Part shown: positions 1-10,585 of the stretch, piece after piece
How the letters are laid out: each line of letters opens with the position of its first letter
How positions within the stretch are numbered: the stretch's first letter is position 1
NCBI GenBank assembly: GCA_017964465.1
Contig: JAGCRY010000126.1
Span: forward strand, 1,524 to 65,523
DNA length: 64,000 nt
Direction of reading: 5' to 3'
Source: Bacteroidales bacterium
Lineage (GTDB): Bacteria > Bacteroidota > Bacteroidia > Bacteroidales > UBA3824
Notes under the pieces: model-generated
What the model saw: the letters and a program-made list of their open reading frames with translations, nothing else
What the model was told of the DNA's origin: nothing
The model's database searches: none
Translations under genes and position numbers: made by a program

Positions 1-790
1 TATTGAGTTCGTTGACGGTGGTTACAGCCGTGATGTCATTGACGGCAAAAATTGCGTCGGGAATGTTGTCCTCGTCGCGGAGTTTTTTTATGACCTCCAC
101 CGCCTTGTCGTGGGAGTCGCAGTCAAAGATAGTTTCGTCGGTGATGGGCATTTTGTGGCGTTTGAGACAATCCACAAAACCGCGCCGCCTGTCCTTGCCA
201 ATCCTCACATTGTTTGGACCCGCAAAATGCACAATTTTCTTGCGTCCAAGGCTTACCAAATGTTCCGTGGCGGTGTAGGCTGCGGCATAGTCGTCGATGA
301 TGCAACGGTCGCAGGCAAAACCTTCCGGCGGTCTGTCGAAAAACACAACAGGCACATTCCTGTTCATAAGTTTTTGAAAATGAGCATAATCATTGGTCTC
401 CTTGGTTATGGAAATCAAAATGCCTTCCACCCTGAGCGACACCAATGAGCGGATGTTTTCCTTCTCGCGCTCCACGCTCTCGTCGCTCGGACAAATGATG
501 ACATTGAAACCCGCATTGCGGGCGGTCTCGGTGATGCCGCTGATTACCGATGAGAAAAAATGATGTTGAATTTCGGGTATGATGATGCCGATGATTTTGC
601 TGCGTTGGTTATGGAGACCCAAAGCGAGCGCGTTGGGTTGGTAATCGAGTTTGTCGGCGACGCTCCTGACCGCCTCCTTAGTTTCGGGGCTGATGTCGGG
701 ATGGTCTTTCAACGCCCTCGATACCGTGGAAGCCGAAATTCCAAGTTCGCGGGCTATGTCCTTGATGGTCGCTTGGCGGAATGGTTTCAT
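1..790 (-). CDS. LacI-family transcriptional regulator (C-terminus off the left window edge)
   Basis: My own reverse-strand translation from ATG (complement of 788-790) reads MKPFRQATIKDIARELGISASTVSRALKDHPDISPETKEAVRSVADKLDYQPNALALGLHNQRSKIIGIIIPEI..., a LacI-type HTH followed by a periplasmic-binding-like sugar-binding fold. It is open to position 1. It is missing from the ORF track because it is truncated; the plus-strand ORFs 3..278, 110..448 and 560..907 are its shadows. Confidence 0.85.
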   Translation of the reverse strand, partial: MKPFRQATIKDIARELGISASTVSRALKDHPDISPETKEAVRSVADKLDYQPNALALGLHNQRSKIIGIIIPEIQHHFFSSVISGITETARNAGFNVIICPSDESVEREKENIRSLVSLRVEGILISITKETNDYAHFQKLMNRNVPVVFFDRPPEGFACDRCIIDDYAAAYTATEHLVSLGRKKIVHFAGPNNVRIGKDRRRGFVDCLKRHKMPITDETIFDCDSHDKAVEVIKKLRDEDNIPDAIFAVNDITAVTTVNELN

Positions 791-885
791 AATAAGATTT
801 GGTATAGGTTTAGATTTCGCTGCATAAAAGTATGGAAAATAATTGAAATTGCAAAAAAAATCGGAAAAAATCATAAAAAAAGTGC

Positions 886-893
886 TACATTTG
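886..893 (+). promoter_or_regulatory. Bacteroides-type -7 promoter box TACATTTG (TAnnTTTG)
   Basis: Exact match to the TAnnTTTG consensus, 35 nt upstream of ATG 928, in an A-rich divergent intergenic region. Confidence 0.45.
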
Positions 894-927
894 CGTTATA
901 CTTTTGACACCCAAAATTTTTTTGAAG

Positions 928-2871
928 ATGAAAAGATTGTTCCTGATATTGGCGTTATGGTTTGATTTCACGCTCGTTATGGCGCAGACTCCACAGGCTA
1001 TATGGACTGAGGATAATTCCACGCTCACTTTTTATTATGGTGTGCTTTATCAGCCTGGCGATGATTTCAAAGGGCACAAGGTCACACGTGTATGGAGCGG
1101 CGATCGTTTCAATGACATCGAAAACCGACATAGGCGCAGCTTGTCAGATGAATATTATTGGCTTGTGCCGGGGTGGGTGGCGGAAGATGTCTATGTGGAT
1201 GACGATGGCAATCAAGTGACTGAATATTGCGACGTTAGCACAAAGATTGTCACTGCAATTTTTGATGATTCATTCCGAAATTATAAAATCAAGCACACTC
1301 AATGGCTCTTTGAGCATTGTTCCAATATGACTTCCGTCCAAAAAATGGAAAACCTTTGCACAGACATTGTGACGGATATGCGTGGAATGTTCTATGAATG
1401 TGAATCTCTGTCGGAAATTGACCTCAGATACCTCAATACTTCAAATGTCGAAAACCTTTCATACGCTTTTGCCGGCTGTAAGTCGTTGAAAAAGATTGAT
1501 TTGAGCCATCTAAACACTTCAAATGTGACCGATATGAGGGGACTGTTTTTTGAATGTGAAACGCTCACGGAGATTGACGTAACGCCGCTCAACACAAAGA
1601 ATGTGAAAGACATGGCGGGCATGTTCGCTTCATGCAGTTCTCTAAAAACGCTCTATCTTGCTGATTTGAATGTCAGGAGCGTAAATGATTTCACGTCGAT
1701 GTTTGAGGATTGTAGCGCGTTGGAGAAGATTTATTGTGACAAGGACTGGAAATCCATTCGCCCGTCCGCCGATTATGAATTTTTGTTTACAAACTGTGAT
1801 AATCTTGTTGGTTTTGTGCCTTACGACGAATCTGAAACTGGCATTTCAATGGCAAATCCCAAAAAATATTTCACGTGGGATTGCATTATGATTGAAAAAA
1901 AATCATTTGACCAGGGCGTCAAGTGGGCAGATTCTCCTATAAATCCAATGGAAACTCACATGGACATTAAACAGTCGGGCAATTTCTCGTATTATATTGA
2001 TGGTAAGAATGTTACATCTGCAATCGCCGAGCCTGGAAAATATAATGTAAAAATCCGTTTTCAGTCTAATGACGGCGAAATCGACTATTCGCAGGATTTC
2101 CAAATCACTGTCATTGAGTTGCCATACATAAAGGCGGACTTTGACGAGACAGTGCGCAGTTATTGTGGCGGCGAGGAGGTTGAAATTAAGTTTTCAAACA
2201 TTCGCAACGTGAAGCCTGACAAGTATTCAATATATTTTTCTGCTCCTGTCTTCATGGAGGAAAACGATGCAACTTTTGATGGTGAAAAGATTGTATTCTC
2301 CATACCTTCAAATCTCCAACAAGGTGACTATCAGGCGTTTTTTACGCTGAAAAACTCTGAAGTCCAGAGCGATGAGATGGTTTTGAAGTTCAATATTGGT
2401 AACCGCAGCTTGAAAACGAAATGGGACGACGTGGTTTACATTCCAAATCCTCAAAACCTTTATGTGAAATATCAGTGGTTCAGGGATGATGAGGAAATTT
2501 TTGGAGCGAAGAAACAGTTTTACAATGAGTTGGACGGTCTCAATGGCACTTATTATGCGATTGTCACCGACACTGACGGCAACGAGTTCAAGACTTGTTC
2601 GCTCGAAGTCACCAAACAAATTGTCAATTCTGCGCCGCGTGTTAACGTGTTCCCGAATCCAGCCGTCGCAGGCGAGCAGATAACGTTACAACTTGAAAAC
2701 ATTGACATTTCCAATGGAGTTGAACTTTTGATTTTTACGTCGTCTGGTTCATTCATAAAGCGCATCGAAAATGCCCAACATACTAATTATCTGACGCTTT
2801 CAAAGGGTGGATACATGGGTTATGCAGTTTATGACGGCGAAAAAATTGCATTTAAAATTATGGTGGAATAA
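928..2871 (+). CDS. DUF285/BspA-type leucine-rich-repeat surface protein with T9SS type-A C-terminal sorting domain
   Basis: Signal peptide [20 protein letters not shown]. Tandem ~26-aa repeats NTSNVxxMxxMFxxCxSLxxIDLxxL. C-terminus [18 protein letters not shown]...FKIMVE is Por_Secre_tail-like. The track ORF starts at TTG 904; ATG 928, just before the signal peptide, is preferred. Confidence 0.8.
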   Translation: MKRLFLILALWFDFTLVMAQTPQAIWTEDNSTLTFYYGVLYQPGDDFKGHKVTRVWSGDRFNDIENRHRRSLSDEYYWLVPGWVAEDVYVDDDGNQVTEYCDVSTKIVTAIFDDSFRNYKIKHTQWLFEHCSNMTSVQKMENLCTDIVTDMRGMFYECESLSEIDLRYLNTSNVENLSYAFAGCKSLKKIDLSHLNTSNVTDMRGLFFECETLTEIDVTPLNTKNVKDMAGMFASCSSLKTLYLADLNVRSVNDFTSMFEDCSALEKIYCDKDWKSIRPSADYEFLFTNCDNLVGFVPYDESETGISMANPKKYFTWDCIMIEKKSFDQGVKWADSPINPMETHMDIKQSGNFSYYIDGKNVTSAIAEPGKYNVKIRFQSNDGEIDYSQDFQITVIELPYIKADFDETVRSYCGGEEVEIKFSNIRNVKPDKYSIYFSAPVFMEENDATFDGEKIVFSIPSNLQQGDYQAFFTLKNSEVQSDEMVLKFNIGNRSLKTKWDDVVYIPNPQNLYVKYQWFRDDEEIFGAKKQFYNELDGLNGTYYAIVTDTDGNEFKTCSLEVTKQIVNSAPRVNVFPNPAVAGEQITLQLENIDISNGVELLIFTSSGSFIKRIENAQHTNYLTLSKGGYMGYAVYDGEKIAFKIMVE

Positions 2872-2887
2872 CAAAAATTTATGGAAA

Positions 2888-5146
2888 ATGAAAAGATTGA
2901 TTTTGACATTCGGTTTTGTGTTAAGTGTCATGCTCGGCATGGCACAGACACCTCAGGCGATTTGGACGGAAGGCAACAGGACGATTACCTTTTATTATGG
3001 CAGTTTGTACAATGTTGGCGACAACTTTGGCGGACAGACAGTTACGAAGGTATGGAGTGGCAGCCGTTTCCATGAAATCAAGCGCACCGACGACCCGACA
3101 ATCATCGAGCGCGAGCCGGGATGGGTGACGGATCAAACTTTGATTAATCAAAGTGACCGCTCTTTCGTCTGCTCCGACTTCCCTGAAAAAATTGAAACGG
3201 CGGTTTTCGACCCGTCTTTCAAAAATTATCGACTCTCTCATTCGCGGTATTTCTTTTTTGGCTGTACGAATTTGAAGACCATTGTCGGCATTGAAAACCT
3301 CAATACTGAGAAAATCACGGACATGATTGGAATGTTTGGCTATTGTAGTTCACTGCCAGACATCGACCTCAGCCACTTCAATACCGCAAATGTCACTGAC
3401 ATGTGTAGCATGTTTTCGTTTTGCAGCAGTTTAAAAGAACTCGACGTCAGCACTTTCAATACGCGGAAAGTCAGGGACATGTCGTTCATGTTTGAAGGAT
3501 GCAGCGGGTTGACAAGTCTCGACATCAGCAATTTCGACACTCGAAATGTGGCGGACATGTATGGAATGTTCACAAACAGCAACAATCTCAAAACCCTCGA
3601 CCTCCAAAAATTCAACGTTCAAAGTGCAACGGACGTTTCGTCGATGTTTGAGGGATGCAGCGAGTTGGAAAAAATTTATTGTCTCAGCGACTGGAAGCAA
3701 ATCAGGAGCAATCTTATGGGTACTGACATGTTCAATGGCTGTGACAAATTGGTTGGCGCGGTAGAGTTTGACGCAACAAAGACCAATGCAATGATGGCGA
3801 ATCCCAAAAGCGGCTATTTCACCGGCGACAAGATTACAATCGAGAAGGATGAATTTGATTATGGCGTGACTTGGGCTAACGCTGAACTTTTTCCGAAGGA
3901 ATATCGTTTTGATGTGCAACAAAGCGGTACTTTTACTTATGTTGTTGACTATGAAAATGTTACAAATGTAGTTTCCGATGCTGGCAAACACAAAGTTACC
4001 ATTCGTTTCGTTTCCGACGATAACAGCATCAACTATTCGCAAGATTTTGAGGTGACAATAAATCCAATAGACATTTCAAAGGGCAAAATTGACGATATTC
4101 CCGACGAAACGTTCTATGCATTTTTTTTCATGCCATCTGTAACGATAACTCTCAACGACAATAAACTTGTTGAAGATCAAGACTTTGTTGCATATTATGA
4201 TGACAATTATCATGTTGGAACGGCAACCGTAAACATCTATGGCAAAGGAAATTACAAAGGCAAAGTTGAGACGCATTTTGAAATCAATCCTCGTGACATT
4301 TCCCAAACTGTAATTTCGCCTATTTCTGATTACGATTACACTGGCAGTGAAATAACTCCAAATGGTTCAATAACTTACAGACACAACACTCTCGTTTCGG
4401 GTGTCGATTATGATATTGAATATTCAAACAACATTGACGTCGGTACTGCAAGTGTAAAGTTTTTAGGAAAGGGTGATTTCTGCAATGAAGTTACAAAGAC
4501 GTTTTTAATTGTTCAAAAAGAGCCGGAACCAGAACCCGAACCTGAGCCTGAGCCAGAACCCGAACCAGAACCGCAAGTTGAACCCGAACCAGAACCGCAA
4601 GTTGAACCCGAACCCGAGCCGCAGGTTGAACCTGAGCCCGAGCCGCAGGTTGAACCTGAACCACAAGTCGAGTGTATGAATCTTAAAACCAAATGGGACG
4701 ACGTGGTTTATGTTCCCAATCCCGACAATAAATTTGTTTCTTATCGTTGGTTCAAGAATGACGAGGAAATTGAAGGAGCGAAGAAACAGTTTTTCAACGA
4801 GTTAGGCGGTCTTGATGGTGTCTATTATGCCATCATAACCGACATCGACGGCAACACAATCCAAACATGCCCGCTGGAGAAAGTGAAAACAATAAACCAT
4901 TCTGCGCCGCGTGTCAATGTGTTCCCAAATCCTGCTGTCGCGGGCGAGACTATCACGATTCAACTTGAAAACATGGACGTTTCAAAAGGTGTAGAACTGA
5001 TGATTTACTCGTCATCGGGTTCATTTGTAAAGCGTATCCAAGATGTCCAACATACTAATTATCTGACACTTCCCAAAGGCGGATATATGGGCTACGCGAT
5101 ATATGAAGGAAAAAATGTTGTATTTAAAATAATGGTTGAAAAATGA
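2888..5146 (+). CDS. DUF285/BspA-type LRR surface protein paralog with Ig-like repeats, an EP-rich linker and a T9SS type-A CTD
   Basis: Signal peptide [20 protein letters not shown]. It has the same [16 protein letters not shown]-terminal module and LRR repeats as the upstream gene, plus extra repeats ([23 protein letters not shown] / [20 protein letters not shown]), an (EP)n linker and a conserved C-terminal module ending [21 protein letters not shown] 2888 is preferred over track start 2807. Confidence 0.8.
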   Translation: MKRLILTFGFVLSVMLGMAQTPQAIWTEGNRTITFYYGSLYNVGDNFGGQTVTKVWSGSRFHEIKRTDDPTIIEREPGWVTDQTLINQSDRSFVCSDFPEKIETAVFDPSFKNYRLSHSRYFFFGCTNLKTIVGIENLNTEKITDMIGMFGYCSSLPDIDLSHFNTANVTDMCSMFSFCSSLKELDVSTFNTRKVRDMSFMFEGCSGLTSLDISNFDTRNVADMYGMFTNSNNLKTLDLQKFNVQSATDVSSMFEGCSELEKIYCLSDWKQIRSNLMGTDMFNGCDKLVGAVEFDATKTNAMMANPKSGYFTGDKITIEKDEFDYGVTWANAELFPKEYRFDVQQSGTFTYVVDYENVTNVVSDAGKHKVTIRFVSDDNSINYSQDFEVTINPIDISKGKIDDIPDETFYAFFFMPSVTITLNDNKLVEDQDFVAYYDDNYHVGTATVNIYGKGNYKGKVETHFEINPRDISQTVISPISDYDYTGSEITPNGSITYRHNTLVSGVDYDIEYSNNIDVGTASVKFLGKGDFCNEVTKTFLIVQKEPEPEPEPEPEPEPEPEPQVEPEPEPQVEPEPEPQVEPEPEPQVEPEPQVECMNLKTKWDDVVYVPNPDNKFVSYRWFKNDEEIEGAKKQFFNELGGLDGVYYAIITDIDGNTIQTCPLEKVKTINHSAPRVNVFPNPAVAGETITIQLENMDVSKGVELMIYSSSGSFVKRIQDVQHTNYLTLPKGGYMGYAIYEGKNVVFKIMVEK
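4520..4672 (+). repeat. In-frame tandem repeat encoding (EP)n then (EPEPEPQV)n, with a 24-nt unit gaacccgaaccagaaccgcaagtt
   Basis: Visible directly: [49 protein letters not shown]. The nucleotide units are near-identical, differing at synonymous third positions. Confidence 0.95.
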
Positions 5147-6006
5147 AAAAAGTTCTGATAATAATAATGTGTATGCTGTCTTCGCTTTGCCATGCGCAAA
5201 ACGATTTCCTTGTCTTTGACATTGGCGGCGGCATTAATGGTTTGAAATACGCCACAGACGACCGTGGCAGCGCAAAACCAGGCGTAGGAATCACCGTGAG
5301 AGGTGGTTACAGGCATTTTTTCAATAAAAACTGGGGCGCGGGCATTAATGTTGTTTTTAAGACTTGCGCCACAAATTGTACGCTCGATTTCGTGGAAACC
5401 ATTGGCGACGCTGTGGACAGCGAGGGCGAAAAATACGAACATAGAGTTTGCTATAAGTCGCTGAAAGAGAAGCAGTCACAGTCCAACATTTCATTGCCTG
5501 TCGGTGTGTATTACCGTCGCGACATCGCCACAAATCTCGAACTCACGGCGGGCGCGGGCGTGTTATGGCAGACCACAATTAGCAACAAATACAAAATCGC
5601 CGATGGCAAGGTTGAGACCGTTGGATATTACGCCGAAGACAACATCACATTCGACGAAATGCCTCAACACGATTTCTATAATGTAAACAATTTCAGTGGC
5701 GAATATGAATATAAAAATTCCCTCGGCGCATACGGCGAAGTTGGTGTTGCGCGGGAGATTGGTGAAAATGTATTCCTATCGCTCTGTTTTTATGGCAGTT
5801 ATGGCTTGTCGACTTGCATGGAGGACTTTGATGAGCCGGTGTATGATTATCAAACGATGAAATATATTGGCGTCCTCAATTCTGAAATCACCTCAAAAAA
5901 GCATCAGATTGCCTTTGGTGTTTTGTTGGGCTTGAGGTTTGGACTTTCGGGCAACGGTGGCGGAAAGGGTAGGGGACACTCCATCTGCCCGGCGTATAGC
6001 AATTGA
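5143..6006 (+). CDS. Outer-membrane beta-barrel protein (porin-like, OMP_b-brl type)
   Basis: Signal peptide [19 protein letters not shown]. Alternating-hydrophobic strands rich in G/Y, with a terminal strand FGVLLGLRF. Its ATG overlaps the stop of the upstream gene (ATGA at 5143-5146). Confidence 0.65.
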   Translation: MKKVLIIIMCMLSSLCHAQNDFLVFDIGGGINGLKYATDDRGSAKPGVGITVRGGYRHFFNKNWGAGINVVFKTCATNCTLDFVETIGDAVDSEGEKYEHRVCYKSLKEKQSQSNISLPVGVYYRRDIATNLELTAGAGVLWQTTISNKYKIADGKVETVGYYAEDNITFDEMPQHDFYNVNNFSGEYEYKNSLGAYGEVGVAREIGENVFLSLCFYGSYGLSTCMEDFDEPVYDYQTMKYIGVLNSEITSKKHQIAFGVLLGLRFGLSGNGGGKGRGHSICPAYSN

Positions 6007-6027
6007 TTTGGAACGGCGAGCGAAAGT

Positions 6028-7455
6028 TTATAGCAATTCATCACGCGATGCATCCATCCTCACAAAAATGAACAGCAGCACTGTGAACGACCACAGCGAA
6101 CTGCCGCCATAACTGAAGAACGGCAGCGGTATGCCTATCACGGGCACCATGCCGATTGTCATTCCGATATTGATTGCGAAGTGGAAAAAGAGAATCGAAG
6201 CCACGCAGTAGCCGTAGATTCTTGCGAAGGCTGACCTTTGAAGTTCTGCAAGATATATTATCCTGAGTATCAATGCAATAAACAGCATGATTACCACAGT
6301 TGAGCCTACGAATCCCCATTCCTCGCCCACGGTGCAGAATATGAAGTCTGTCGCCTGCTCCGGCACAAAATTGAACTTTGTCTGCGTGCCTTGAAGGTAT
6401 CCTTTGCCCCATAGACCGCCCGAGCCGATGGCTATTTTGCTCTGCTCAACATTGTAGCCCGTGCCTTTCGGGTCAATCTCCAATCCAAGGAACACGCGGA
6501 TGAGCGTCTGTTGGTGGTCGGTCATGATGTTATTGAAGACGAAATCCACAGAAAACACAACCGCAAAGCATGCAATCAAGCCCAACCAAATGAACGTCGG
6601 CGACCATTTGCGTTGAATGTAACTATAGACCACCACGCCAGGCAGCAGAATCAGGCTCGCGCCAACTATGAGGTAATGCCATTCAAATTTGTCATGCAGC
6701 AAATAATGATTCGCAACCCACAGCAATCCCGTCAGCACTGCGACTGCGCCCCACGCTATCAGAATTTCAACTATCGACCTGCCGAATGCGAGCAGCCAAA
6801 TGCCCGCCACAATCACAAGTCCAAGCATTACAAAAGCGAGCGGATACTGGAGCGTTGTGACAAAAATAACCACTCCCAATGCTATCAGCCACATTATTAT
6901 TGACCAAAGACCTTCGCGGAAAAACACAAAAATCATGCTCGCATAAACAAGCACCGAACCCATGTCGGGTTGCAATAGTATCAAAGCCGCCGGCAATAGA
7001 AGTATGCCAACAGCCATGAAAAGGTTTGGAATTTTCTTTATGTCGAAATTGTATGCCGACATCACTTTGGACAACGCCAGCGCTGTGGCGAATTTTGCAA
7101 ACTCCGCCGGTTGAATCTTCAAAGGACCTATCTCAAACCAAGACCGCGCTCCGTTGGTCTTGGTGCCCACCACAAGCACCGCAACCAGGAGCAATATCAT
7201 GAAACCATAAATGAAATATGACAGCACGGAATACAGTCGGAAATTGGACGCCATAATCAGAATCACAATCACATACGACACCCCAATCCATACGAGTTGC
7301 TTGCCGTAGCGCATGCTGAAATCAAAGATGCTTTCGTGCGTGTCGTCATAGCAAGCCGCATGGATATTGAACCACCCCATAAAGAGTAGTGCAGAGTAGA
7401 TAAGCAATATTATCCAATCAAGCGACCTAAAAACATTTGCTCCGCGTTGTTTCAT
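6028..7455 (-). CDS. rodA: Rod shape-determining protein RodA (SEDS family)
   Basis: Polytopic membrane protein with FtsW/RodA motifs (GARSWF, QPAEFAK, LLQPDMGS, ATDFIF, GMVPVIGIPLPFFSYGGSS), directly downstream of PBP2. Confidence 0.9.
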   Translation of the reverse strand: MKQRGANVFRSLDWIILLIYSALLFMGWFNIHAACYDDTHESIFDFSMRYGKQLVWIGVSYVIVILIMASNFRLYSVLSYFIYGFMILLLVAVLVVGTKTNGARSWFEIGPLKIQPAEFAKFATALALSKVMSAYNFDIKKIPNLFMAVGILLLPAALILLQPDMGSVLVYASMIFVFFREGLWSIIMWLIALGVVIFVTTLQYPLAFVMLGLVIVAGIWLLAFGRSIVEILIAWGAVAVLTGLLWVANHYLLHDKFEWHYLIVGASLILLPGVVVYSYIQRKWSPTFIWLGLIACFAVVFSVDFVFNNIMTDHQQTLIRVFLGLEIDPKGTGYNVEQSKIAIGSGGLWGKGYLQGTQTKFNFVPEQATDFIFCTVGEEWGFVGSTVVIMLFIALILRIIYLAELQRSAFARIYGYCVASILFFHFAINIGMTIGMVPVIGIPLPFFSYGGSSLWSFTVLLFIFVRMDASRDELL

Positions 7456-7517
7456 TTGTTGATTTGTTGAGTATTGATTTGTTGATTTCCTTGTTCCTCT
7501 TTCCTCTTTCCTCGTTT
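7456..7517 (-). repeat. Short-period low-complexity intergenic tract between mrdA and rodA
   Basis: In gene sense it reads gaaacgaggaaagaggaaagaggaacaaggaaatcaacaaatcaatactcaacaaatcaacaa, followed by ATG. That is a purine-rich heptamer-like half followed by a G-free AAATCAAC-type half. Confidence 0.8.
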
Positions 7518-9335
7518 CTATTTCATCTGTGCGTTCGGGTCGAGGAGGTTTGCATTACAAATCCTTGTTTCCACGTCCTTTCGCGTGATGGTGTCCGTGA
7601 GGTATTTTTCAATCATCAGACCGGCAATTGGTGCGGCGTATGTTGCGCCGAAACCGCCATTTTCTACATAGACCGCGATTGCGATTTTGGGGTTTTCACG
7701 TGGTGCAAACGCCTCAAAAATCGAGTGGTCTTTGCCGTGAGGGTTTTGAGCCGTGCCGGTTTTGCCGCATACTTCTATGCCCGGCACTCTTGCAGACCGT
7801 CCCGTACCCATCTCACAAACTTGATACATGCCTTGAATCACTGTCTCAAAATAATCCCGCTGTATGCCTGTGTCATGTTTTTCGAGGAATTTCGGGTCTA
7901 TTGATTCCTGCCCCTCTATCTTCTTGACAATGTGAGGGATGATGTAGTATCCACGGTTTGCGATTGTGGCGCAGGCATTGCAAATCTGGAATGGCGTGAA
8001 ACCCAATTCGCCCTGACCGATGCTGAGCGAGACTATTGTGTAGCCCGTCCAATGCCCCTCACCGTAGAATCTGTTGTAATAATCCTTTGAATACAGGATG
8101 CCGCCGGATTCTTGGTTGAGGTCGCTGCCGAGTTTTGTGCCGAGGCCGAAAGACTGAACCCTGCGCCGCCAGTTGCTGTAAGCCGAATCTGCACGCCTGT
8201 ATTTCGGGTCGGCGATGAGTTTTGTGAACTCATAGCAGTAATAGGCGTTGCATGAATGTTGGATTGAACTTACCAAATCCAACGATCCGGCGTGGTGGCA
8301 CTTTACAACATGGCTGCCGAGCCTGAAGCCACCGTTGCATGGGAACGACGATGATGGAGTGATGATGCCTTCCGCAAGTCCAATGAGGGCGTTGATGGTC
8401 TTGAAAGTTGAGCCGGGCGGATAGCAAGCCATCAAAGCGCGGTTGTACATCGGCTTGTATGGGTCTGCCAAAAGTTTGGGGTAGTTGATTGCCATGTCGC
8501 TGCCCACAAGCAAGTTAGGGTCATATCCGGGCGATGAGACGAGCGCAAGTATTTCACCCGTGGAAGGTTCTATGGCGACGATTGAGCCGACTTTGTTTTG
8601 CATCAGTTTTTCGCCGTATTCCTGCAGGTCGATGTCGAGGGTTGATTGGATGTTGAGACCCACGACAGCCACAGTGTCATAGATTCCGTCCTTGTATTTG
8701 CCTTGTACTTTGTTCTTTACGTCAACAATGAAAATCTTTGTGCCTTTATGACCGCGCAGCTGTTCTTCGTATGATTTTTCAATGCCCGCCACTCCAACAT
8801 AGTCGCCGGGCTTGTAATACGGATTTGCCTCTATGTATTTTTGGTCTGCTTCGCGCACATAGCCCAACACCTGAGCGGCGGCGTTGTATTCGTATTTGCG
8901 GGCGGTGCGTTTCTGGACTTCAAAGCCTGGAAACTTATACATTTTTTCCTGCAAATATGAATAGCGGTGTTTGGGAATTTGTTTGAAAATGACGCTTTCC
9001 TTGTATTTGGAGTGCTTGATGGCCTTCTGAAATTCAGCCTTGAAACTCTCCACGCTTGTGCCGAGAATTTCGCACAAGTCCGCCGTGTCGAACTCCGGGA
9101 CGCGGTTTGGGGTCGCCAGAAGGTCGTATGAAGACTCGTTATAGACCAGCAACTTGTCATTGCGGTCAAAAACCAGCCCCCTCGCCGGATAATCGACAAC
9201 TTTTCTGAACACATTGCTTTCCGCCGATAGTTTGTAGCTCGAGTCCATCACCTGAATGGAAAAGAGTTTGTAGATGTATATCAACGCTACTGCAATGAAA
9301 ATCAGACCAATAATATATTTTCTGTTGTTATACAT
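7518..9335 (-). CDS. mrdA: Penicillin-binding protein 2 (elongasome transpeptidase)
   Basis: N-terminal TM anchor, then PBP dimerisation and transpeptidase motifs (STFK, SCN, KTGTA), adjacent to rodA. Confidence 0.9.
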   Translation of the reverse strand: MYNNRKYIIGLIFIAVALIYIYKLFSIQVMDSSYKLSAESNVFRKVVDYPARGLVFDRNDKLLVYNESSYDLLATPNRVPEFDTADLCEILGTSVESFKAEFQKAIKHSKYKESVIFKQIPKHRYSYLQEKMYKFPGFEVQKRTARKYEYNAAAQVLGYVREADQKYIEANPYYKPGDYVGVAGIEKSYEEQLRGHKGTKIFIVDVKNKVQGKYKDGIYDTVAVVGLNIQSTLDIDLQEYGEKLMQNKVGSIVAIEPSTGEILALVSSPGYDPNLLVGSDMAINYPKLLADPYKPMYNRALMACYPPGSTFKTINALIGLAEGIITPSSSFPCNGGFRLGSHVVKCHHAGSLDLVSSIQHSCNAYYCYEFTKLIADPKYRRADSAYSNWRRRVQSFGLGTKLGSDLNQESGGILYSKDYYNRFYGEGHWTGYTIVSLSIGQGELGFTPFQICNACATIANRGYYIIPHIVKKIEGQESIDPKFLEKHDTGIQRDYFETVIQGMYQVCEMGTGRSARVPGIEVCGKTGTAQNPHGKDHSIFEAFAPRENPKIAIAVYVENGGFGATYAAPIAGLMIEKYLTDTITRKDVETRICNANLLDPNAQMK

Positions 9336-9337
9336 AT

Positions 9338-10585
9338 TTATAATGCGTTATTCCAATCATCCCAAAATTTTGGGTAAGATTTTGCGACTGATTCGGCGTC
9401 CTCGATTGTGACAGGGGCGTCGGCGTTGAGCGACATAACAGCCAAAGCCATCGCCATTCTGTGGTCGTGGTGAGCCGAGACGGTGACGCCGCCGTGGATT
9501 TTGCCGCCGTGGATTAACATTCGGTTTTCGTTTGATGTAATGTCAACTTTGATGCCAAGTTTCTCAAACTCCTCGGCGATGGATTGAGCGCGGTTGCTTT
9601 CCTTGTGGATGAGGCGTTGAGTGCCGGTTATCTCGCTGATACCGTTGCAGTTAGCCGCCAAAGCCGCCAACACGGGAAACAGGTCGGGCGCGTCCGTTGC
9701 GTCAAATTCAAACGCTTTTAAATTTTTCGTCTTGCGGGTGATGATTGTCATGCTGTCAATCTCCATATTTGCGCCGCAGTTCCTCAATACCTCAATAATT
9801 GCCTTGTCTGCCTGTAATGAGTTGCAGTTCAAACCGTTAATGACAGCCTTGCCGCCTATTGCGCCAGCCGCGAGATGTGCCGCCGCGCTGCTCCAGTCGC
9901 CTTCAACGAAATATTTGCAACCGTCGTAATGTGCGATTGGTTTGATGTAAATTTCCTTGAAATCAAAATTGTAGATTTCGCCGCCGAACTGTTTGACGAT
10001 TTCTATCGTCATTTCAACGTATGGCCGGCTGTTGATTGCGGACAAGACGAGGTGGGAGGACTTGCTGGCTCTTGGAAGAGCGATGAGAAGTCCTGAAAGG
10101 AATTGAGAACTTTTTCCGGCGTCCACAGTCGCCTCGCCGCCCTGCAATATTCCTGTTGTATGCACAGGCGCACAATGGTCTGTGAGCGTGGCAGTTACGC
10201 CGAGTTGTTTCAATGGAGCCACCATTTCATCCACGGGACGTTTCAGCAGAGTGCCGCCGCCAGTGATTGTGATGCCAGAACGCAGGAGCGAACATATTGG
10301 AGTATAGAGCCTTAGACCCAAACCCGCCTCGCCGACATTCACTGTGTCAGCCACGGTTTTGGATTTTCTCATGATTTCCACTCTGTCTTTAAACTCCTCC
10401 ACCTCGCATCCGAGCGCACGCGCAACGCCAAGCCCTGCCCGTGAATCGTTGCTGAAGTCGGGGTTGAAAATTGTGGTTTTGCCGTCGGCGAGCGCGGCTA
10501 TTGCCACGGCGCGTTGCATGTAACTTTTTGACGGCGGTATGGTGAGTTCGGCGTTATATGCCGAAGGTGTCAACGATTTGTTCAT
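9338..10585 (-). CDS. aroA: 3-phosphoshikimate 1-carboxyvinyltransferase (EPSP synthase)
   Basis: The length and motifs (PPSKSYMQRA, GEAGLGLR, LLKRP, HHDHRMAMA) are typical of EPSPS. Its stop lies 2 nt from the mrdA start. Confidence 0.9.
   Translation of the reverse strand: MNKSLTPSAYNAELTIPPSKSYMQRAVAIAALADGKTTIFNPDFSNDSRAGLGVARALGCEVEEFKDRVEIMRKSKTVADTVNVGEAGLGLRLYTPICSLLRSGITITGGGTLLKRPVDEMVAPLKQLGVTATLTDHCAPVHTTGILQGGEATVDAGKSSQFLSGLLIALPRASKSSHLVLSAINSRPYVEMTIEIVKQFGGEIYNFDFKEIYIKPIAHYDGCKYFVEGDWSSAAAHLAAGAIGGKAVINGLNCNSLQADKAIIEVLRNCGANMEIDSMTIITRKTKNLKAFEFDATDAPDLFPVLAALAANCNGISEITGTQRLIHKESNRAQSIAEEFEKLGIKVDITSNENRMLIHGGKIHGGVTVSAHHDHRMAMALAVMSLNADAPVTIEDAESVAKSYPKFWDDWNNAL

Noticed and set aside
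3-907. Plus-strand track ORFs 3..278, 110..448 and 560..907 at the left edge.
   Set aside because: They overlap, in other frames, a clean minus-strand LacI-family reading frame (1..790) with a textbook HTH. Their translations have no recognisable motifs. I treat them as shadow ORFs.
2807-2887. N-terminal extensions in the track ORFs (for example 2807 vs 2888, 904 vs 928, 17926 vs 18016, 34995 vs 35097, 46168 vs 46306, 47018 vs 47135, 28709 vs 28634, 53076 vs 53046).
   Set aside because: The extensions overlap upstream genes, terminator hairpins or repeat tracts. They precede an internal Met that begins a clear signal peptide or a conserved N-terminus. I used the internal starts.
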